64,000 nt of DNA from an uncultured Acidobacteriota bacterium (GCA_963702425.1 CAVPCQ010000011.1:224001-288000); one strand, 5' to 3'; positions 1-10,922 are shown, counted from the stretch's first letter. Program-made: numbers and translations. Notes: generated by a model from the sequence alone, not told the origin.

Positions 1-2
1 GC

Positions 3-1328
3 AAGCCGTGGGTCAAGACCTCGCTCGCGCCGGGGAGCCGCGTCGTCACCGACTACCTCGACCAGGCGGGGCTGACGAAGGACCTCGACGCGCTGGGCTT
101 CCAGACCGTCGGCTACGGTTGCACGACCTGCATCGGCAATTCCGGCCCGCTGCCCGACGAGGTCGCCGCGGCCGTGAAGGACGGCGACCTGGTCGTGGCG
201 TCGGTCCTCTCGGGCAACCGCAACTTCGAGGGGCGGGTCCACGCGCAGGTCAAGGCCAACTACCTCGCCAGCCCGCCGCTCTGCGTCGCCTACGCGCTGG
301 CCGGGACGATCGACCGCGACCTCCTGACCGAGCCGATCGGCGTCGGGAGCGACGGCCGCGAGGTCTTCCTGAAGGAGATCTGGCCGACCACGGCCGAGGT
401 CGCCGCGGTGCGCGAGCGGGCCCTCTCTCCCGAGCAGTTCCAGGCGCAGTACGGCAGGGTCTTCGAGGGGACCGAGGCCTGGCGGAGGATCCCGGTCGCG
501 GAGAGCGAGCTCTACGCCTGGGACGAGACCAGCACCTACATCCAGAACCCGCCCTTCTTCATCGGGATGAAGCAGGCGCCCCCGGGCGTGATCCCGGTCC
601 AGGGAGCGCGCGTGCTGGCCTTCCTGGGCGATTCCGTGACGACCGACCACATCTCCCCCGCCGGCTCGATCGCCAAGGACAGCCCGGCGGCGAAGTACCT
701 CGTCGCGCACGGCGTGCAGCCGCCCGACTTCAACAGCTACGGCTCGCGGCGCGGCAACGACCGCGTGATGACGCGCGGCACCTTTGCCAATATCCGCGTC
801 CGTAACAAGCTCGCCGGCGGCAAGGAAGGTGGTTACACGAAGGACATGAGCCGCGCCGGCGCGGGGGCGATCGCCGCGATCTTCGACGCCGCACAGAACT
901 ACAAGGCCGAGGGGACGCCGCTCGTCGTGCTCGCCGGCAAGGACTACGGGATGGGCAGCTCACGCGACTGGGCCGCCAAGGGGACCTTCCTGCTCGGGGT
1001 GCGGGCGGTGATCGCCGAGAGCTTCGAGCGGATCCACCGCAGCAACCTGGTCGGGATGGGGATCCTGCCGCTGACCTTCCCGGCCGGGAAGAGCGCCGAA
1101 GCGCTCGGGCTCGACGGGAGCGAGGTCTTCGACCTCGGCCTGCCGAGCCCGCTCACGCCGCGCTGCACCGTCGGCGTGACGGCGACGAAGGCCGACGGCA
1201 CGAAGGTCCGCTTCGACGCCACCTGTCGGCTCGACACGCCGGTCGAGATCGTCTACTACGGCAACGGCGGGATCCTGCAGACGGTGCTGCGCAAGAAGCT
1301 CGAAGAGCAGCGCACTTCCACCCACTGA
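3..1328 (+). CDS. acnA: Aconitate hydratase A, 5'-truncated by window edge
   Basis: Open frame from base 3 ([33 protein letters not shown]), [44 protein letters not shown]. Confidence 0.97.
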   Translation, partial: KPWVKTSLAPGSRVVTDYLDQAGLTKDLDALGFQTVGYGCTTCIGNSGPLPDEVAAAVKDGDLVVASVLSGNRNFEGRVHAQVKANYLASPPLCVAYALAGTIDRDLLTEPIGVGSDGREVFLKEIWPTTAEVAAVRERALSPEQFQAQYGRVFEGTEAWRRIPVAESELYAWDETSTYIQNPPFFIGMKQAPPGVIPVQGARVLAFLGDSVTTDHISPAGSIAKDSPAAKYLVAHGVQPPDFNSYGSRRGNDRVMTRGTFANIRVRNKLAGGKEGGYTKDMSRAGAGAIAAIFDAAQNYKAEGTPLVVLAGKDYGMGSSRDWAAKGTFLLGVRAVIAESFERIHRSNLVGMGILPLTFPAGKSAEALGLDGSEVFDLGLPSPLTPRCTVGVTATKADGTKVRFDATCRLDTPVEIVYYGNGGILQTVLRKKLEEQRTSTH

Positions 1329-1400
1329 AGCCGCGCGATGACGCCGCGTACCGACCCCGCGGGGGCGGAGGCCGCGGCCGCGGCCCGGGAGCGACCCGGG

Positions 1401-3338
1401 CTACGGCAGCGGTCCCGTGTTCTCGGCGGTCACGAGCCAGCCGTAGTAGCGCGGGCTCGCGGAGGCGGCGCCGGGATCGACGTAGGACGACTCGCCGGCC
1501 CGCGCGATCTCCGGGAAGCTCCCGTTCGACGCCGTGTCGCGGTGGATCGCGTAGAAGGTCACCGGGCCCGATCCGGGTGAGGACTCCGGCGCCTGCCAGT
1601 CGAGCCGTGCGCTCGTCCCCTGCCGCGTGACGCGGAGCGTCCCGCCGAGCGACGGCGGAGGCGCGAGCACGGGACCGTAGAGCACGATCGCCTTCCCTTC
1701 CCGAGACTGGCTGCCGGAGAAGAAGTGCGCGCCCACGACCAGGTCGGGGCGGCCGTCGGCGTTGACGTCGCCCGCGCTCCCCAGCGAGTAGCCCAGCCGC
1801 GCGTCGAACGCACCCCCTTCGGTGACGAATCCGGGCGACGGCTGCAGGCCGCCCGCGCTCCCCAGGTAGAGCAGCGCCCTGCCTTCGTCGGAGAACGAGC
1901 CGTCGTGCAGGAAGGCCCCAACCAGCACGTCGGCGTAGCCATCGCCGTTGTGGTCGCCGACGCCGGCGACCGCGACGCCGAAGGAAGCGCCGGGCTGGTT
2001 GGGCTCGGCGGTCCACACGGGCGCGGCCGACAGTCCCGCCGCCGAGCCGCCGAAGGCGAAGGCCCGTCCCTCGTCGACCTCGCCGTTGTCGAAGACGCGC
2101 GCTCCGACGATCACTTCGCCCCAGCCGTCGCCGTTCGTGTCGCCGGCCCCCGCGACCGACTGCCCGAACGCCGCGCCGGCCTGGCCCCCTTCCGCGCTCC
2201 AGGCGGGGGTCGCGACGAGGCCGGAAGACCGCCCGTGGAAGACCAGCGCGCGTCCCTCTCCGCTCTCGCCGTTCGACCAGCCGGTCGCGCCGACGATCAC
2301 GTCGTCGAAGCCGTCACGGTTGAGGTCCCCGGCCGCGGCGACGGAGAGGCCGAGCAGCTCCCCCGCCTGCCCACCGGTGATGGTCCACGCCGGCGACGAC
2401 TGGAGCCCGCCCGCCGCCCCCAGGAACAGCTCGGCCTTGCCGGCGTCGGCCTGCGCCGTATCCCAGTTCGCGGTTCCGACCAGCACGTCGTCGCGGCCGT
2501 CGCCATTGACGTCCCCCGCACCGGCGATCGCGATCCCGCAGGCGGCGTCGGCCTGGTTCGGCTCCCAGGTCCACGCCGGCGTCGTCTTCGGTCCCGTGGC
2601 CGAGCCGAGGTAGAGGAAGACCCGCCCCTCGTTGGCCTGCCCGTTGTCGAACGACGTGGCCGAGACGAGCACGTCGTCGAAGCCGTCGTGATTGACGTCT
2701 CCCACTCCCGCCACGCGGCGGCCGAAGAAGGCGCCGGCCTGGTTCCCCTCCATCGTCGAGAGCGGGACGGTCGCGAGGCCCGACGGCGATCCGGCGTAGA
2801 CCAGCGCCCGTCCCTCGTCGAGCTGCCCGTTGTCGTACTGGTAGGCGCCGACGATCAGGTCGTCGACGCCGTCGCCGTTGACGTCGCCGGCCCGCGCGAC
2901 CGAGACGCCGAGGAAGGCATCCTGCTGGCCGCCGAGCACGGACCAGCTCGACGGGCCGAGGTCCGCGTCGAGGCTGACCGGGTAGAGCGCGCCGGCGTCG
3001 TCGAACTCGATCGAGACGCCCGTCCCGGAGGGGACGAGGCGCGCCGGGAGCGGACGCCCCAGCGCGTCGCGCACGGTCGCCAGCCGGAAGGCGAGCGGCC
3101 CGACCGAGGCGGCGCTGCCCGAGGGGTCGAGCCACGTCGGCAGGCCCGGGGCCGGCGCGAGATCGATCACGACGGGCCCGCCCCAATGGTCCGGGGGGGC
3201 CGCCAGCTCGAGGTGCCAGGGCCCGTTCGGGGCGGCGGTCGCCGCCTCTGCCGGGGCGGGGCCGGCGGGGACCGGACCAGCCAGGGCAGGGAGAGCAGCA
3301 AGGCAGACGAGGAGTCCGGGGAGGACGCGCTCGGGCAT
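1401..3338 (-). CDS. Secreted FG-GAP/integrin-alpha repeat protein with short C-terminal beta-rich domain
   Basis: Signal peptide; about seven repeats of G.SVA.AGDVNGDG.DD..VGA. Confidence 0.88.
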   Translation of the reverse strand: MPERVLPGLLVCLAALPALAGPVPAGPAPAEAATAAPNGPWHLELAAPPDHWGGPVVIDLAPAPGLPTWLDPSGSAASVGPLAFRLATVRDALGRPLPARLVPSGTGVSIEFDDAGALYPVSLDADLGPSSWSVLGGQQDAFLGVSVARAGDVNGDGVDDLIVGAYQYDNGQLDEGRALVYAGSPSGLATVPLSTMEGNQAGAFFGRRVAGVGDVNHDGFDDVLVSATSFDNGQANEGRVFLYLGSATGPKTTPAWTWEPNQADAACGIAIAGAGDVNGDGRDDVLVGTANWDTAQADAGKAELFLGAAGGLQSSPAWTITGGQAGELLGLSVAAAGDLNRDGFDDVIVGATGWSNGESGEGRALVFHGRSSGLVATPAWSAEGGQAGAAFGQSVAGAGDTNGDGWGEVIVGARVFDNGEVDEGRAFAFGGSAAGLSAAPVWTAEPNQPGASFGVAVAGVGDHNGDGYADVLVGAFLHDGSFSDEGRALLYLGSAGGLQPSPGFVTEGGAFDARLGYSLGSAGDVNADGRPDLVVGAHFFSGSQSREGKAIVLYGPVLAPPPSLGGTLRVTRQGTSARLDWQAPESSPGSGPVTFYAIHRDTASNGSFPEIARAGESSYVDPGAASASPRYYGWLVTAENTGPLP

Positions 3339-3534
3339 GACGGCTCCGGTAACGAACGCCGGCCGCCGCGCGCGAACCGATTCGAAAAGGCGCGAGCGGG
3401 CCGGACCTCGCTCCCCGGCGCGAGGAATGGACTGAATGTGCCGCGACTCGGGGCGGCGTGCACGACGAAAAGCGCTCCCCGGAAAAGACAGCGGGCGGCC
3501 GGAGACCGGCCGCCCGCGCGCCTCCCGGTCCCGG

Positions 3535-4419
3535 CTAGAAGCCGACGACCAGCGAGGTGGTGAAGATCGTGTCGAGCTTGTCCAGCTCTATCGGGTCGGT
3601 ATTCCCGACCTGGTTTCCGCCTTGTCCGTAGACCGGGTACTCCACGGACTGCGGATCGTTGTCGTAAAGGAAGGTCAGGCCGACCTTCAGCGCCAGCATC
3701 TTGTTCATCTGGACCGTCAACGCGTTGTTGGAGTTGATCCGCCAGTCGCTCCCCGTGAAGAAATTCAGGAAGAGGGTGTCGACCGTCTGGAACGAGGTGT
3801 TCGCGTTGAACTTCCAGAGCCAGTTGGCGGTCACGTTGCCGCCCAGGTAGTCGTCGGAGTCGCCGTTGGTCCAGCTCTCCCAGGTGTAGTTGAGCCCGTA
3901 GCTGGTCTTGAAGTGGCCGCGGTCGTTCTCGTACCAGTTGTTGCCGATGCCGCCGGAGACCAGCAAGCGTGAGTCGATTCCCGAGGGCGGGTTCCGCTCC
4001 CATCCCGTCCCTGCGAACCAGTACATCCGTGGACTGATATTGCCCTCGTAGTCGATCGCGAGGACGTAGCGCTCGGCCACCGTCCTCGAGAACTTCTCGC
4101 TGCTGAGCACGTCCCAGTTCGCGCTGTCGTCCGGGTCGGTGTCGATCCCGAAATAGAGCGTCTCGTCGGTCTTCGCCCGGATGCCGAACGCATAGAGCTT
4201 GAGTTGCGCCTCGGACCAGCGATACAGGAGCGTGTTGGCGAGGCTGATCGAGCTCGAGTCGGCGTTGCCGGCGGTCAGGGTCCAGGCCAACTCGCCCTGG
4301 TCGGCCCAGCCGAGCTTCGGCTTCTCGGGCGCGGGCGGGGGGGCCTGGGCCAGCGCCGGCGCGAAGACGGCGGCCGCGAGCAGCGCGGCGGCGACGATCG
4401 GAGTCAGACGGATCCGCAT
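3535..4419 (-). CDS. DUF481-like outer-membrane beta-barrel protein
   Basis: Signal peptide, T.GNA.S motif, alternating beta strands, C-terminal DTIFTTSLVVGF. Confidence 0.8.
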   Translation of the reverse strand: MRIRLTPIVAAALLAAAVFAPALAQAPPPAPEKPKLGWADQGELAWTLTAGNADSSSISLANTLLYRWSEAQLKLYAFGIRAKTDETLYFGIDTDPDDSANWDVLSSEKFSRTVAERYVLAIDYEGNISPRMYWFAGTGWERNPPSGIDSRLLVSGGIGNNWYENDRGHFKTSYGLNYTWESWTNGDSDDYLGGNVTANWLWKFNANTSFQTVDTLFLNFFTGSDWRINSNNALTVQMNKMLALKVGLTFLYDNDPQSVEYPVYGQGGNQVGNTDPIELDKLDTIFTTSLVVGF

Positions 4420-4445
4420 GGCATTCGTTCCTTTCTCGAGGAGGG

Positions 4446-5165
4446 TCAGCGCTTTTCGTCGTGCTCGAACAGCGCTTTGAACAGGAACCCGGCGACCAGG
4501 GCGCCGACGATCGGCGCGACCCAGAAGAGCCAGAGCTGGGAAACCGCCCAGCCGCCGACGAAGAGCGCCGGCCCGGTGCTGCGCGCGGGGTTCACCGAGG
4601 TGTTGGTCACGGGGATGCTGATCAGGTGGATCAGGGTCAGCGCGAAGCCGATCGCGATCGGGGCGAAGCCGGCTGGGGCGCGCCCGTGGGTCGAGCCGAG
4701 GATGATCAGCAGAAAGAAGCAGGTCAGGACGATCTCGACCACCAGCGCCGAGGTCAAGTTGTAGCCGCCCGGCGAGTGGGCTCCGTAGCCGTTGGCGGCG
4801 AAGCCGCTGGCCGCGGCGTCAAAACCGGCCTTCCCGCTGGCGATCAGGTACAGCACGCCCGACGCGGCGGCGGCCCCGATCACCTGGGAGACGACGTACG
4901 GCAGGATGTCGGACGCGGGGAAGCGCTTGCCCGCCCAGAGCCCGACGGTCACGGCCGGGTTGAAGTGGCCGCCGGAGATCCCGCCGACCGTGTAAGCCAT
5001 CGTCAGAACCGTCAGGCCGAAGGCGAACGCGACCCCGAGCAGCCCGATGCCGATCGCATTGCCCGAGTCGGGGAACGCGGCGGCGAGCACGGCGCTCCCG
5101 CAGCCGCCGAAGACCAGCCAGAAGGTACCGAAGAACTCGGCTGCACAGCGCGTGGACAGCTTCAT
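4446..5165 (-). CDS. aqpZ: Aquaporin Z
   Basis: [29 protein letters not shown] and [13 protein letters not shown] motifs; start moved to ATG 5165. Confidence 0.96.
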   Translation of the reverse strand: MKLSTRCAAEFFGTFWLVFGGCGSAVLAAAFPDSGNAIGIGLLGVAFAFGLTVLTMAYTVGGISGGHFNPAVTVGLWAGKRFPASDILPYVVSQVIGAAAASGVLYLIASGKAGFDAAASGFAANGYGAHSPGGYNLTSALVVEIVLTCFFLLIILGSTHGRAPAGFAPIAIGFALTLIHLISIPVTNTSVNPARSTGPALFVGGWAVSQLWLFWVAPIVGALVAGFLFKALFEHDEKR

Positions 5166-5387
5166 GGTTCGTCTCCTCGAGTAAGGGATTCGCGGGGCAC
5201 CGCTGCGCCCCGTCCCGCCGCGGCGCGCGATTACAGGCCGAGCGCGCTCCATTGTCAAGGCTTCAGGACCTGTCCGGCGGGCCGGCCGGGGCCGGATCCG
5301 GCAGTGGACGGATCCCCCGGCGTTTGACCGCGCCGTCGCGGTCGGTGAAGATCCGCGCGGCGCGTGCCCTTACGGAGGTCTCCTGAC

Positions 5388-6608
5388 ATGGCGCAGCTCG
5401 TCGGCAAGGCGGTCGTGGCCCAGGGCGGCGGCCCGACCGCGGTCATCAATCAGACCCTGGCCGGGGTCGCGCTCGAAGCGATGAAGCACCCGGGGATCAC
5501 GCGCCTCTACGGCGCTGTCCACGGGGTGCGCGGGGTTCTGAACGAGGAGTTCCTCGACCTCTCCCAGGAGACCCCGGCGAACCTGCTGCGCGTCGCCGCG
5601 GCGCCCAGCTCCGCCCTGCTCTCGACCCGCGACAAGCCGGACGAGGAGTACTGCCGGAAGCTCTTCCGCACGCTCAAGGCCCACGACGTGCGCTTCTTTT
5701 TCTACATCGGCGGCAACGACTCGTCGGACACGGTGCGGATCGTCGCCGAGCAGGCCGCGAAGGACGGCTACGAGCTGCGCGCGATTCACCTGCCGAAGAC
5801 GATCGACAACGACCTCGTCGAGAACGACCACACCCCGGGCTTCCCTTCCGCGGCGCGGTTCGTGGCCCAGGCCTTCATGGGCGCCAACCTCGACAACCGC
5901 TCGCTCCCGGGGGTCTACATCGCGGTCGTGATGGGGCGCCACGCCGGGTTCCTGACCGCCGCCGGAGCGGCGGGCCGGACGTTCGACGACGACGGGCCGC
6001 ACCTGGTCTACCTGCCGGAGCGGCCGTTCTCGAAGGAGCGCTTCCTGGCCGACGTGGACGGCGTGATGAGGCGCCTGGGGCGCTGCATCGTCGCGGTCAG
6101 CGAGGGGGTGGCCGACGAACAGCACCGGCCGATCGCGACCCTGCTGACCGAGACGGTCGAGCGCGACGCGCACGGCAACGTGCAGCTCTCCGGTTCCGGC
6201 GAGCTGGGCGACCTGCTCAAGGACCTGGTCAAGAAGGAGCTGAAGATCAGCCGGGCCCGCGCCGACACCTTCGGCTACCTGCAGCGCTCGTTCATGGGGG
6301 TCGTCTCCGACGTCGACCAGCGCGAGGCGCGCGAGGCCGGCGAGCGGGGCGTGCAATTCGCGGTCTCCGGCGGGGCGAGCGGCTCGGTCGCGATCCGGCG
6401 GGTCGGGAACTACGCGGTCGACTACGCCCTGGTCCCGCTCTCGGCGGTCGCGGCCAAGACGCGCACGATGGACGCCGCGTTCATCGCGCCCGCGGCGAAC
6501 GACGTGACGCCGGCGTTCCTCGACTACCTGCGGCCGCTGCTCGGCTCCGGCTTCCCCGAGACCGCGCGGCTGTGCGCGCCGCGCGTCGCCAAGCTGCTCG
6601 CTCCGTGA
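5388..6608 (+). CDS. 6-phosphofructokinase, probably PPi-dependent
   Basis: QGGGPTAVIN, IGGNDSSDT (GGxDS type), PKTIDND, MGRHAG; GGAGG RBS before ATG 5388. Confidence 0.9.
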   Translation: MAQLVGKAVVAQGGGPTAVINQTLAGVALEAMKHPGITRLYGAVHGVRGVLNEEFLDLSQETPANLLRVAAAPSSALLSTRDKPDEEYCRKLFRTLKAHDVRFFFYIGGNDSSDTVRIVAEQAAKDGYELRAIHLPKTIDNDLVENDHTPGFPSAARFVAQAFMGANLDNRSLPGVYIAVVMGRHAGFLTAAGAAGRTFDDDGPHLVYLPERPFSKERFLADVDGVMRRLGRCIVAVSEGVADEQHRPIATLLTETVERDAHGNVQLSGSGELGDLLKDLVKKELKISRARADTFGYLQRSFMGVVSDVDQREAREAGERGVQFAVSGGASGSVAIRRVGNYAVDYALVPLSAVAAKTRTMDAAFIAPAANDVTPAFLDYLRPLLGSGFPETARLCAPRVAKLLAP

Positions 6609-7249
6609 CGCGCGCGCTGTTCTGGGACAACGACGGCGTCCTCGTCGACACCGAACGGATCTACTTCGAGGCGACGCGCGACACGATGGCACGCCTTGGG
6701 GTCGAGCTGACGCGCGAGCAGTACTACGAGCTGTTCCTGGTCCAGGCGAAAGGGGCGTGGCACCTCGCGCGCGGCGGGGCGCTGACGCCGGAGGAGGTCG
6801 CGCGCCACCGCGCCGAGCGCGACGAGCTCTACGCCTGGCGGCTGGCGCAGGAGTCGGCGGCCGTGCCGGGGGCGGAAGAGGTCCTGCGCGCGCTCCACGG
6901 GCGGCTCCCGATGGGGGTCGTGACCAGCAGCCGCCGGCACCACTTCGAGATCATCCACCGCCGGACCGGTTTCCTTCCGTACCTCGATTTCGCGATCACG
7001 ATCGACGAGTGCGCGCGCTGCAAGCCCGACCCGGAGCCGTACCGGCGCGCGGTGGAGCGCGTCGGCTTCGCGCCGGGCGAGTGCCTCGCGATCGAGGACT
7101 CCGAGCGCGGGCTGGCCGCGGCGCACGCGGCCGGGGTCCCCTGCTGGATCATCCCGACGGCGCTCACGGCGCACGGCGACTTTTCGCGCGCCGCCGCGGT
7201 GCTGGGGTCGGTCGCGGAGGTGGCGGAGCGACTCGCGTCCGATCGCTGA
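6605..7249 (+). CDS. HAD-family phosphatase (beta-PGM/CbbY-like)
   Basis: WDNDGVLVDTE motif I, KPDPEPY, IEDSERG; GTGA overlap with pfk stop. Confidence 0.9.
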   Translation: MTRALFWDNDGVLVDTERIYFEATRDTMARLGVELTREQYYELFLVQAKGAWHLARGGALTPEEVARHRAERDELYAWRLAQESAAVPGAEEVLRALHGRLPMGVVTSSRRHHFEIIHRRTGFLPYLDFAITIDECARCKPDPEPYRRAVERVGFAPGECLAIEDSERGLAAAHAAGVPCWIIPTALTAHGDFSRAAAVLGSVAEVAERLASDR

Positions 7250-7267
7250 CCGCCCGGGCCGCGGCCG

Positions 7268-8800
7268 CTACAGCCTCGCCTCGACCGCCTTGATCACGGT
7301 CTCGACCACCTTGGCCCGCGCCCAGAGCTTGTCGTCCGCCTCGACCACGGTCCACGGCGCGTGCGTCGTGCTGGTCTGGCGCAGCATGTCGGTCACCGCG
7401 GCCAGGTAGGGCGGCCACTGGGCCCGGTTGCGCCAGTCCTCCTCGGTGATCTTGTGGCGCCGCAACGGCGACTGCTCGCGGCGGCGGAAGCGCGCGAGCT
7501 GCTCCTCCGGCGAGATGTGCAGCCAGAACTTGACGACCACCGTCTTGTGCGTCACGAGCGACCGCTCGAACTCATTGATCTCCTGGAAGGCGCGGCCCCA
7601 CTCGGTCTGGGCCGCGAACCCCTCGACCCGCTCGACCAGCACCCGTCCGTACCAGGAGCGGTCGAAGATCGCCCAGTGGCCGTCCTTCGGGATCTCGCTC
7701 CAGAAGCGCCAGAGATAGTGGTGCGCCTTCTCGGTCGCGGTCGGGGCGGCGAACGGTACGACCTCGTAGCCGCGCGGGTCGAGCGACTCGGTCAGCCGGC
7801 GGATTGCGCCCCCCTTCCCCGCGGCGTCCCAGCCCTCGAAGACGATCACCACCGGCAGGCGCTTCGTGTAGCAGAGGAACTCCAGCTCGCGGAGCCGCGC
7901 CTGGCCCTTCTTCAGCCGCTTGGCGTATTCATCGCGGTCGAGGCGCCGCGACAGGTCGGCCCGCGCCAGCGGCGAGTCCTTCGGGATGACCGGCGGCGTC
8001 TCGAGCGGGTCGGTCGCTACGATCGGCTTGAGCTTCTTCCCCGCCACCGGGGCGTCGGGCAGCTCCTCCGGCGTCGGGGCGTGGATCCCGCGCTGCTCGA
8101 GCGCGCGGCGCATCGCGTCCGCAACCGCGGACAGCACCCGCACGCGGCGGTGGTTCTCGTCCTCCGCCTCGATCAGCGTCCACGGGCCGCGATGCGTGTT
8201 GGTGCGGGCGAGCATCTCCTCGGCCAGGGCCTGCCGCCGCGGGTAGTTGCGCTGCCGCGTCCAGTCCTCGTCGGAGACGCGCCAGCGCTGCGTCTCGTCC
8301 TTGGCCCAGGCCTTGAGCCGGCGCTTCTGCTCGTCCGGGCCGATGTGCAGCCAGCACTTCACGAGCGCGGTGCCGTCCTCGACGAGCTGCCGCTCGAACT
8401 CGTCCACCGCCTGCAGCTCGCGCTCCCAGCGCGCGGCGTCGATCGTCGCCTCGTCACGCTGGTTCCAGAGCAGGTAGTACCAGGAGCGGTCGAAGACCGC
8501 GATCCGGCCGCGGGGCGGAGTGCAGCGCCAGAAGCGCCACTGCCAGGGCCTCAGCCGGTCCTCCTCGGACGAGGCGTGGGTCACGTGGACGCGCGTCGCC
8601 CGCGGATCGAGGTGGTGGACGAGCTGGCCGATCGAGTCGCCGCGCCCTGACGCGAACCAACCTTCGAAGAGGACCAGCACGGGGATGTCGTGCTCGAAGA
8701 CGGCGCGCTGCAGGATCGGCAGCTCGAGCTCCAGGCGGTCCATCGCCTCGCGGAAGGCCTTGTTCCCCAGCCGCGCCTTCAGGTCCAGCGTCTCGAGCAT
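7268..8800 (-). CDS. Two-domain polyphosphate kinase 2 (polyphosphate:AMP phosphotransferase type)
   Basis: Two PPK2 domains; FEGWDAAGKGGAI and FDRSWYGRVLVERVEG in the C-terminal domain, degenerate FEGWFASGRG in the N-terminal one. Confidence 0.92.
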   Translation of the reverse strand: MLETLDLKARLGNKAFREAMDRLELELPILQRAVFEHDIPVLVLFEGWFASGRGDSIGQLVHHLDPRATRVHVTHASSEEDRLRPWQWRFWRCTPPRGRIAVFDRSWYYLLWNQRDEATIDAARWERELQAVDEFERQLVEDGTALVKCWLHIGPDEQKRRLKAWAKDETQRWRVSDEDWTRQRNYPRRQALAEEMLARTNTHRGPWTLIEAEDENHRRVRVLSAVADAMRRALEQRGIHAPTPEELPDAPVAGKKLKPIVATDPLETPPVIPKDSPLARADLSRRLDRDEYAKRLKKGQARLRELEFLCYTKRLPVVIVFEGWDAAGKGGAIRRLTESLDPRGYEVVPFAAPTATEKAHHYLWRFWSEIPKDGHWAIFDRSWYGRVLVERVEGFAAQTEWGRAFQEINEFERSLVTHKTVVVKFWLHISPEEQLARFRRREQSPLRRHKITEEDWRNRAQWPPYLAAVTDMLRQTSTTHAPWTVVEADDKLWARAKVVETVIKAVEARL

Positions 8801-8910
8801 CGGCGGATCTCTCCGGGGGCCGCAGCCCCCCACCGCACAATCTAGTGGACTCCGCCCCCGAATGGGGACGGGCCGGGGCGGGCGCGGTACACTTCGGACG
8901 CTATCTTGGA

Positions 8911-9873
8911 ATGCGGGGGAAGGGACGGGTCGTGGGCCTTGGGGGTCGTTCCGCGGCGCGGCCGGGCCCGGCCGGCGCCGTCCTGGCGCTGCTGCTGGCG
9001 GCGCCCCTGCTGCCCGCCTGCTCGGTCCAGAAGATGGCCGCCGACCGCCTCGGGGCCGCCCTGGCCTCGGGCAACTCGGTCTACGCCACGGACGACGACC
9101 CGGAACTGGTCGGCGACGCGCTGCCGTTCGCGCTCAAGACGATCGAGAGCCTGCTGGCGATCTCGCCCGAGAACCCTGACCTGCTGCTCTCCGCGGCCAG
9201 CGGCTTCACCCAGTACGGCTACGCCTACCTACAGTCCGAGGCCGACTACGTCGAGGGCACCGACCTGCCGCGGGCGACCCACCTGCGCGGGCGGGCGACC
9301 CGGATGTACGAACGCGCCCTCGGCTACGGCCAGCGCGGGCTCGAGGCCCGGCACCCCGGCTTCACGGCCGAGCTGCGCCGCGACCCCGCCGCCGCGCTGG
9401 GGAAGACGTCCGCGACGGACGTCGCGCTGCTGTACTGGACCGGCGCGGCCTGGGCCGCGGCGATCGCCAGCGCCAAGGACGACGCGGAGCTGTCGGCCGA
9501 CCTGCCGACGGTCGAGGCGATCATGACCCGCGCGCGGACGCTCGACCCCGGCTACGGAGACGGCGCGATCTGGGACTTCTTCATCAGCTACGACGGCGGC
9601 CGCCCGGCCGCGGCCGGCGGCTCACCGGCCAAGGCGCGGGAGGCATTCGACAAGGCCGTCGCCGCGTCCGCAGGGAAGCGCGCGGCACCCTACGTGAGCT
9701 ACGCCGAGACCGTCTCGATCTCGACCCAGGACCGCAGGGAATTCGTCACGCTGCTCGAGGCCGCGCTGGCGATCGACCCCGACGCCGCCCCCGAACAGCG
9801 GCTGGCCAACCTGATCGCCCAGAAGCGCGCGCGCTGGCTGCTCGCGCGCCAGGACGAGCTCTTCCTCGAGTGA
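8911..9873 (+). CDS. TRAP transporter TatT component (lipoprotein); start uncertain
   Basis: Lipobox LLPAC, DDDPELVGDALPFALKTIESLL, ANLIAQKRARWLL; directly upstream of dctP/dctM. Confidence 0.85.
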   Translation: MRGKGRVVGLGGRSAARPGPAGAVLALLLAAPLLPACSVQKMAADRLGAALASGNSVYATDDDPELVGDALPFALKTIESLLAISPENPDLLLSAASGFTQYGYAYLQSEADYVEGTDLPRATHLRGRATRMYERALGYGQRGLEARHPGFTAELRRDPAAALGKTSATDVALLYWTGAAWAAAIASAKDDAELSADLPTVEAIMTRARTLDPGYGDGAIWDFFISYDGGRPAAAGGSPAKAREAFDKAVAASAGKRAAPYVSYAETVSISTQDRREFVTLLEAALAIDPDAAPEQRLANLIAQKRARWLLARQDELFLE

Positions 9874-9893
9874 CGCACCCAAGGAACGACCCG

Positions 9894-10922
9894 ATGCTGC
9901 CGCTCTCCATCCGGACCGCCGCCCGCACCGCCGCGCTGCTCGCGGCGCTGCTCTCGTTTCCCGTCGCCTCGGCCCAGACCGTGATCAAGATGGCGACGCT
10001 CGTGCCGCAGGGATCGTCCTGGCACCAGGCGCTGCAGGAGATGGCCGCGGATTGGCAGAAGCTCTCCGGCGGCAAGGTGACGCTGCGTCTCTACCCCGGG
10101 GGTGTCGCCGGCGACGACAGCGACGTCATTCGGAAGATGCGCCTGGGAACCCTCAACGGTGCGCTCGTCACCGGCACCGGGCTGCAGGACGTCGACCGCA
10201 GCGTGCTCGCGCTGCAGATCCCGATGGCCTACGCCGACTACGCCGAGTTCGACTGCGCGCTGGAGAAGATCGGCCCGACGATCGAGCAGACGCTCGAGGC
10301 GCGCGGTTTCGTGCTGCTCGGCTGGACCGACGGCGGCTTCGTCCACTTCTTCGCCAAGGCGCCGGTCCGCGTTCCCGACGACCTGAAGAAGCAGAAGCTG
10401 TTCGTCTGGGCCGGCGACGACCTGCTGGTCGAGCTGTGGAAGAAGGCGGGCTTCAACCCGATCCCGCTCCCCTCCACCGAGATCTCGACCGCGCTCCAGA
10501 CCGGGCTCGTCACCGTGGTCCCGGCTCCCCCGCAGGCCGCGGTGCTGCTGCAGTGGTACAACCAGGCGAAGAACATGACCGACCTCAACTGGGGGATCCT
10601 CCTCGGCGGCATCGTCGTCTCCAGGGACGCCTGGGACAAGATCCCGGCCGAGTTCCGCCCCGCGCTGAAGGAGTCGGCCCGCAAGACCGCACGGCGGCTG
10701 GCCGAGCTGACGCGGGAGTCGGAGCCGAAGGACATCGACGCGATGACCAAGCGCGGGCTCACCGTGGTGAAGCTCGACGCGGCCGCGCTGCAGCAATGGC
10801 GCGCGATCGCCGAGGGGGTCTACCCGACGATCCGCGGCAAGTTCATTCCGGCCGAAGCGTTCGACGCCGGGCTCAAGGCCCGCGACGCGTGCCGCGCGGC
10901 CGCCAAGGCCACCCCGCGTTGA
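9894..10922 (+). CDS. dctP: TRAP substrate-binding protein DctP (TatP type)
   Basis: IKMATLVPQGSSW, YPGGVAGDDSDVIRKMRLG, signal peptide. Confidence 0.9.
   Translation: MLPLSIRTAARTAALLAALLSFPVASAQTVIKMATLVPQGSSWHQALQEMAADWQKLSGGKVTLRLYPGGVAGDDSDVIRKMRLGTLNGALVTGTGLQDVDRSVLALQIPMAYADYAEFDCALEKIGPTIEQTLEARGFVLLGWTDGGFVHFFAKAPVRVPDDLKKQKLFVWAGDDLLVELWKKAGFNPIPLPSTEISTALQTGLVTVVPAPPQAAVLLQWYNQAKNMTDLNWGILLGGIVVSRDAWDKIPAEFRPALKESARKTARRLAELTRESEPKDIDAMTKRGLTVVKLDAAALQQWRAIAEGVYPTIRGKFIPAEAFDAGLKARDACRAAAKATPR

Noticed and set aside
1700-2950. Recurring GTCGCCGTTGACGTCGCC-like DNA repeats as a possible CRISPR array
   Set aside because: Degenerate coding repeats of FG-GAP motifs; no constant repeat-spacer pattern and no cas genes.
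10052-10918. N-terminal extension of the 889-aa permease ORF
   Set aside because: Off-frame overlap with dctP; the real permease begins near 10919.
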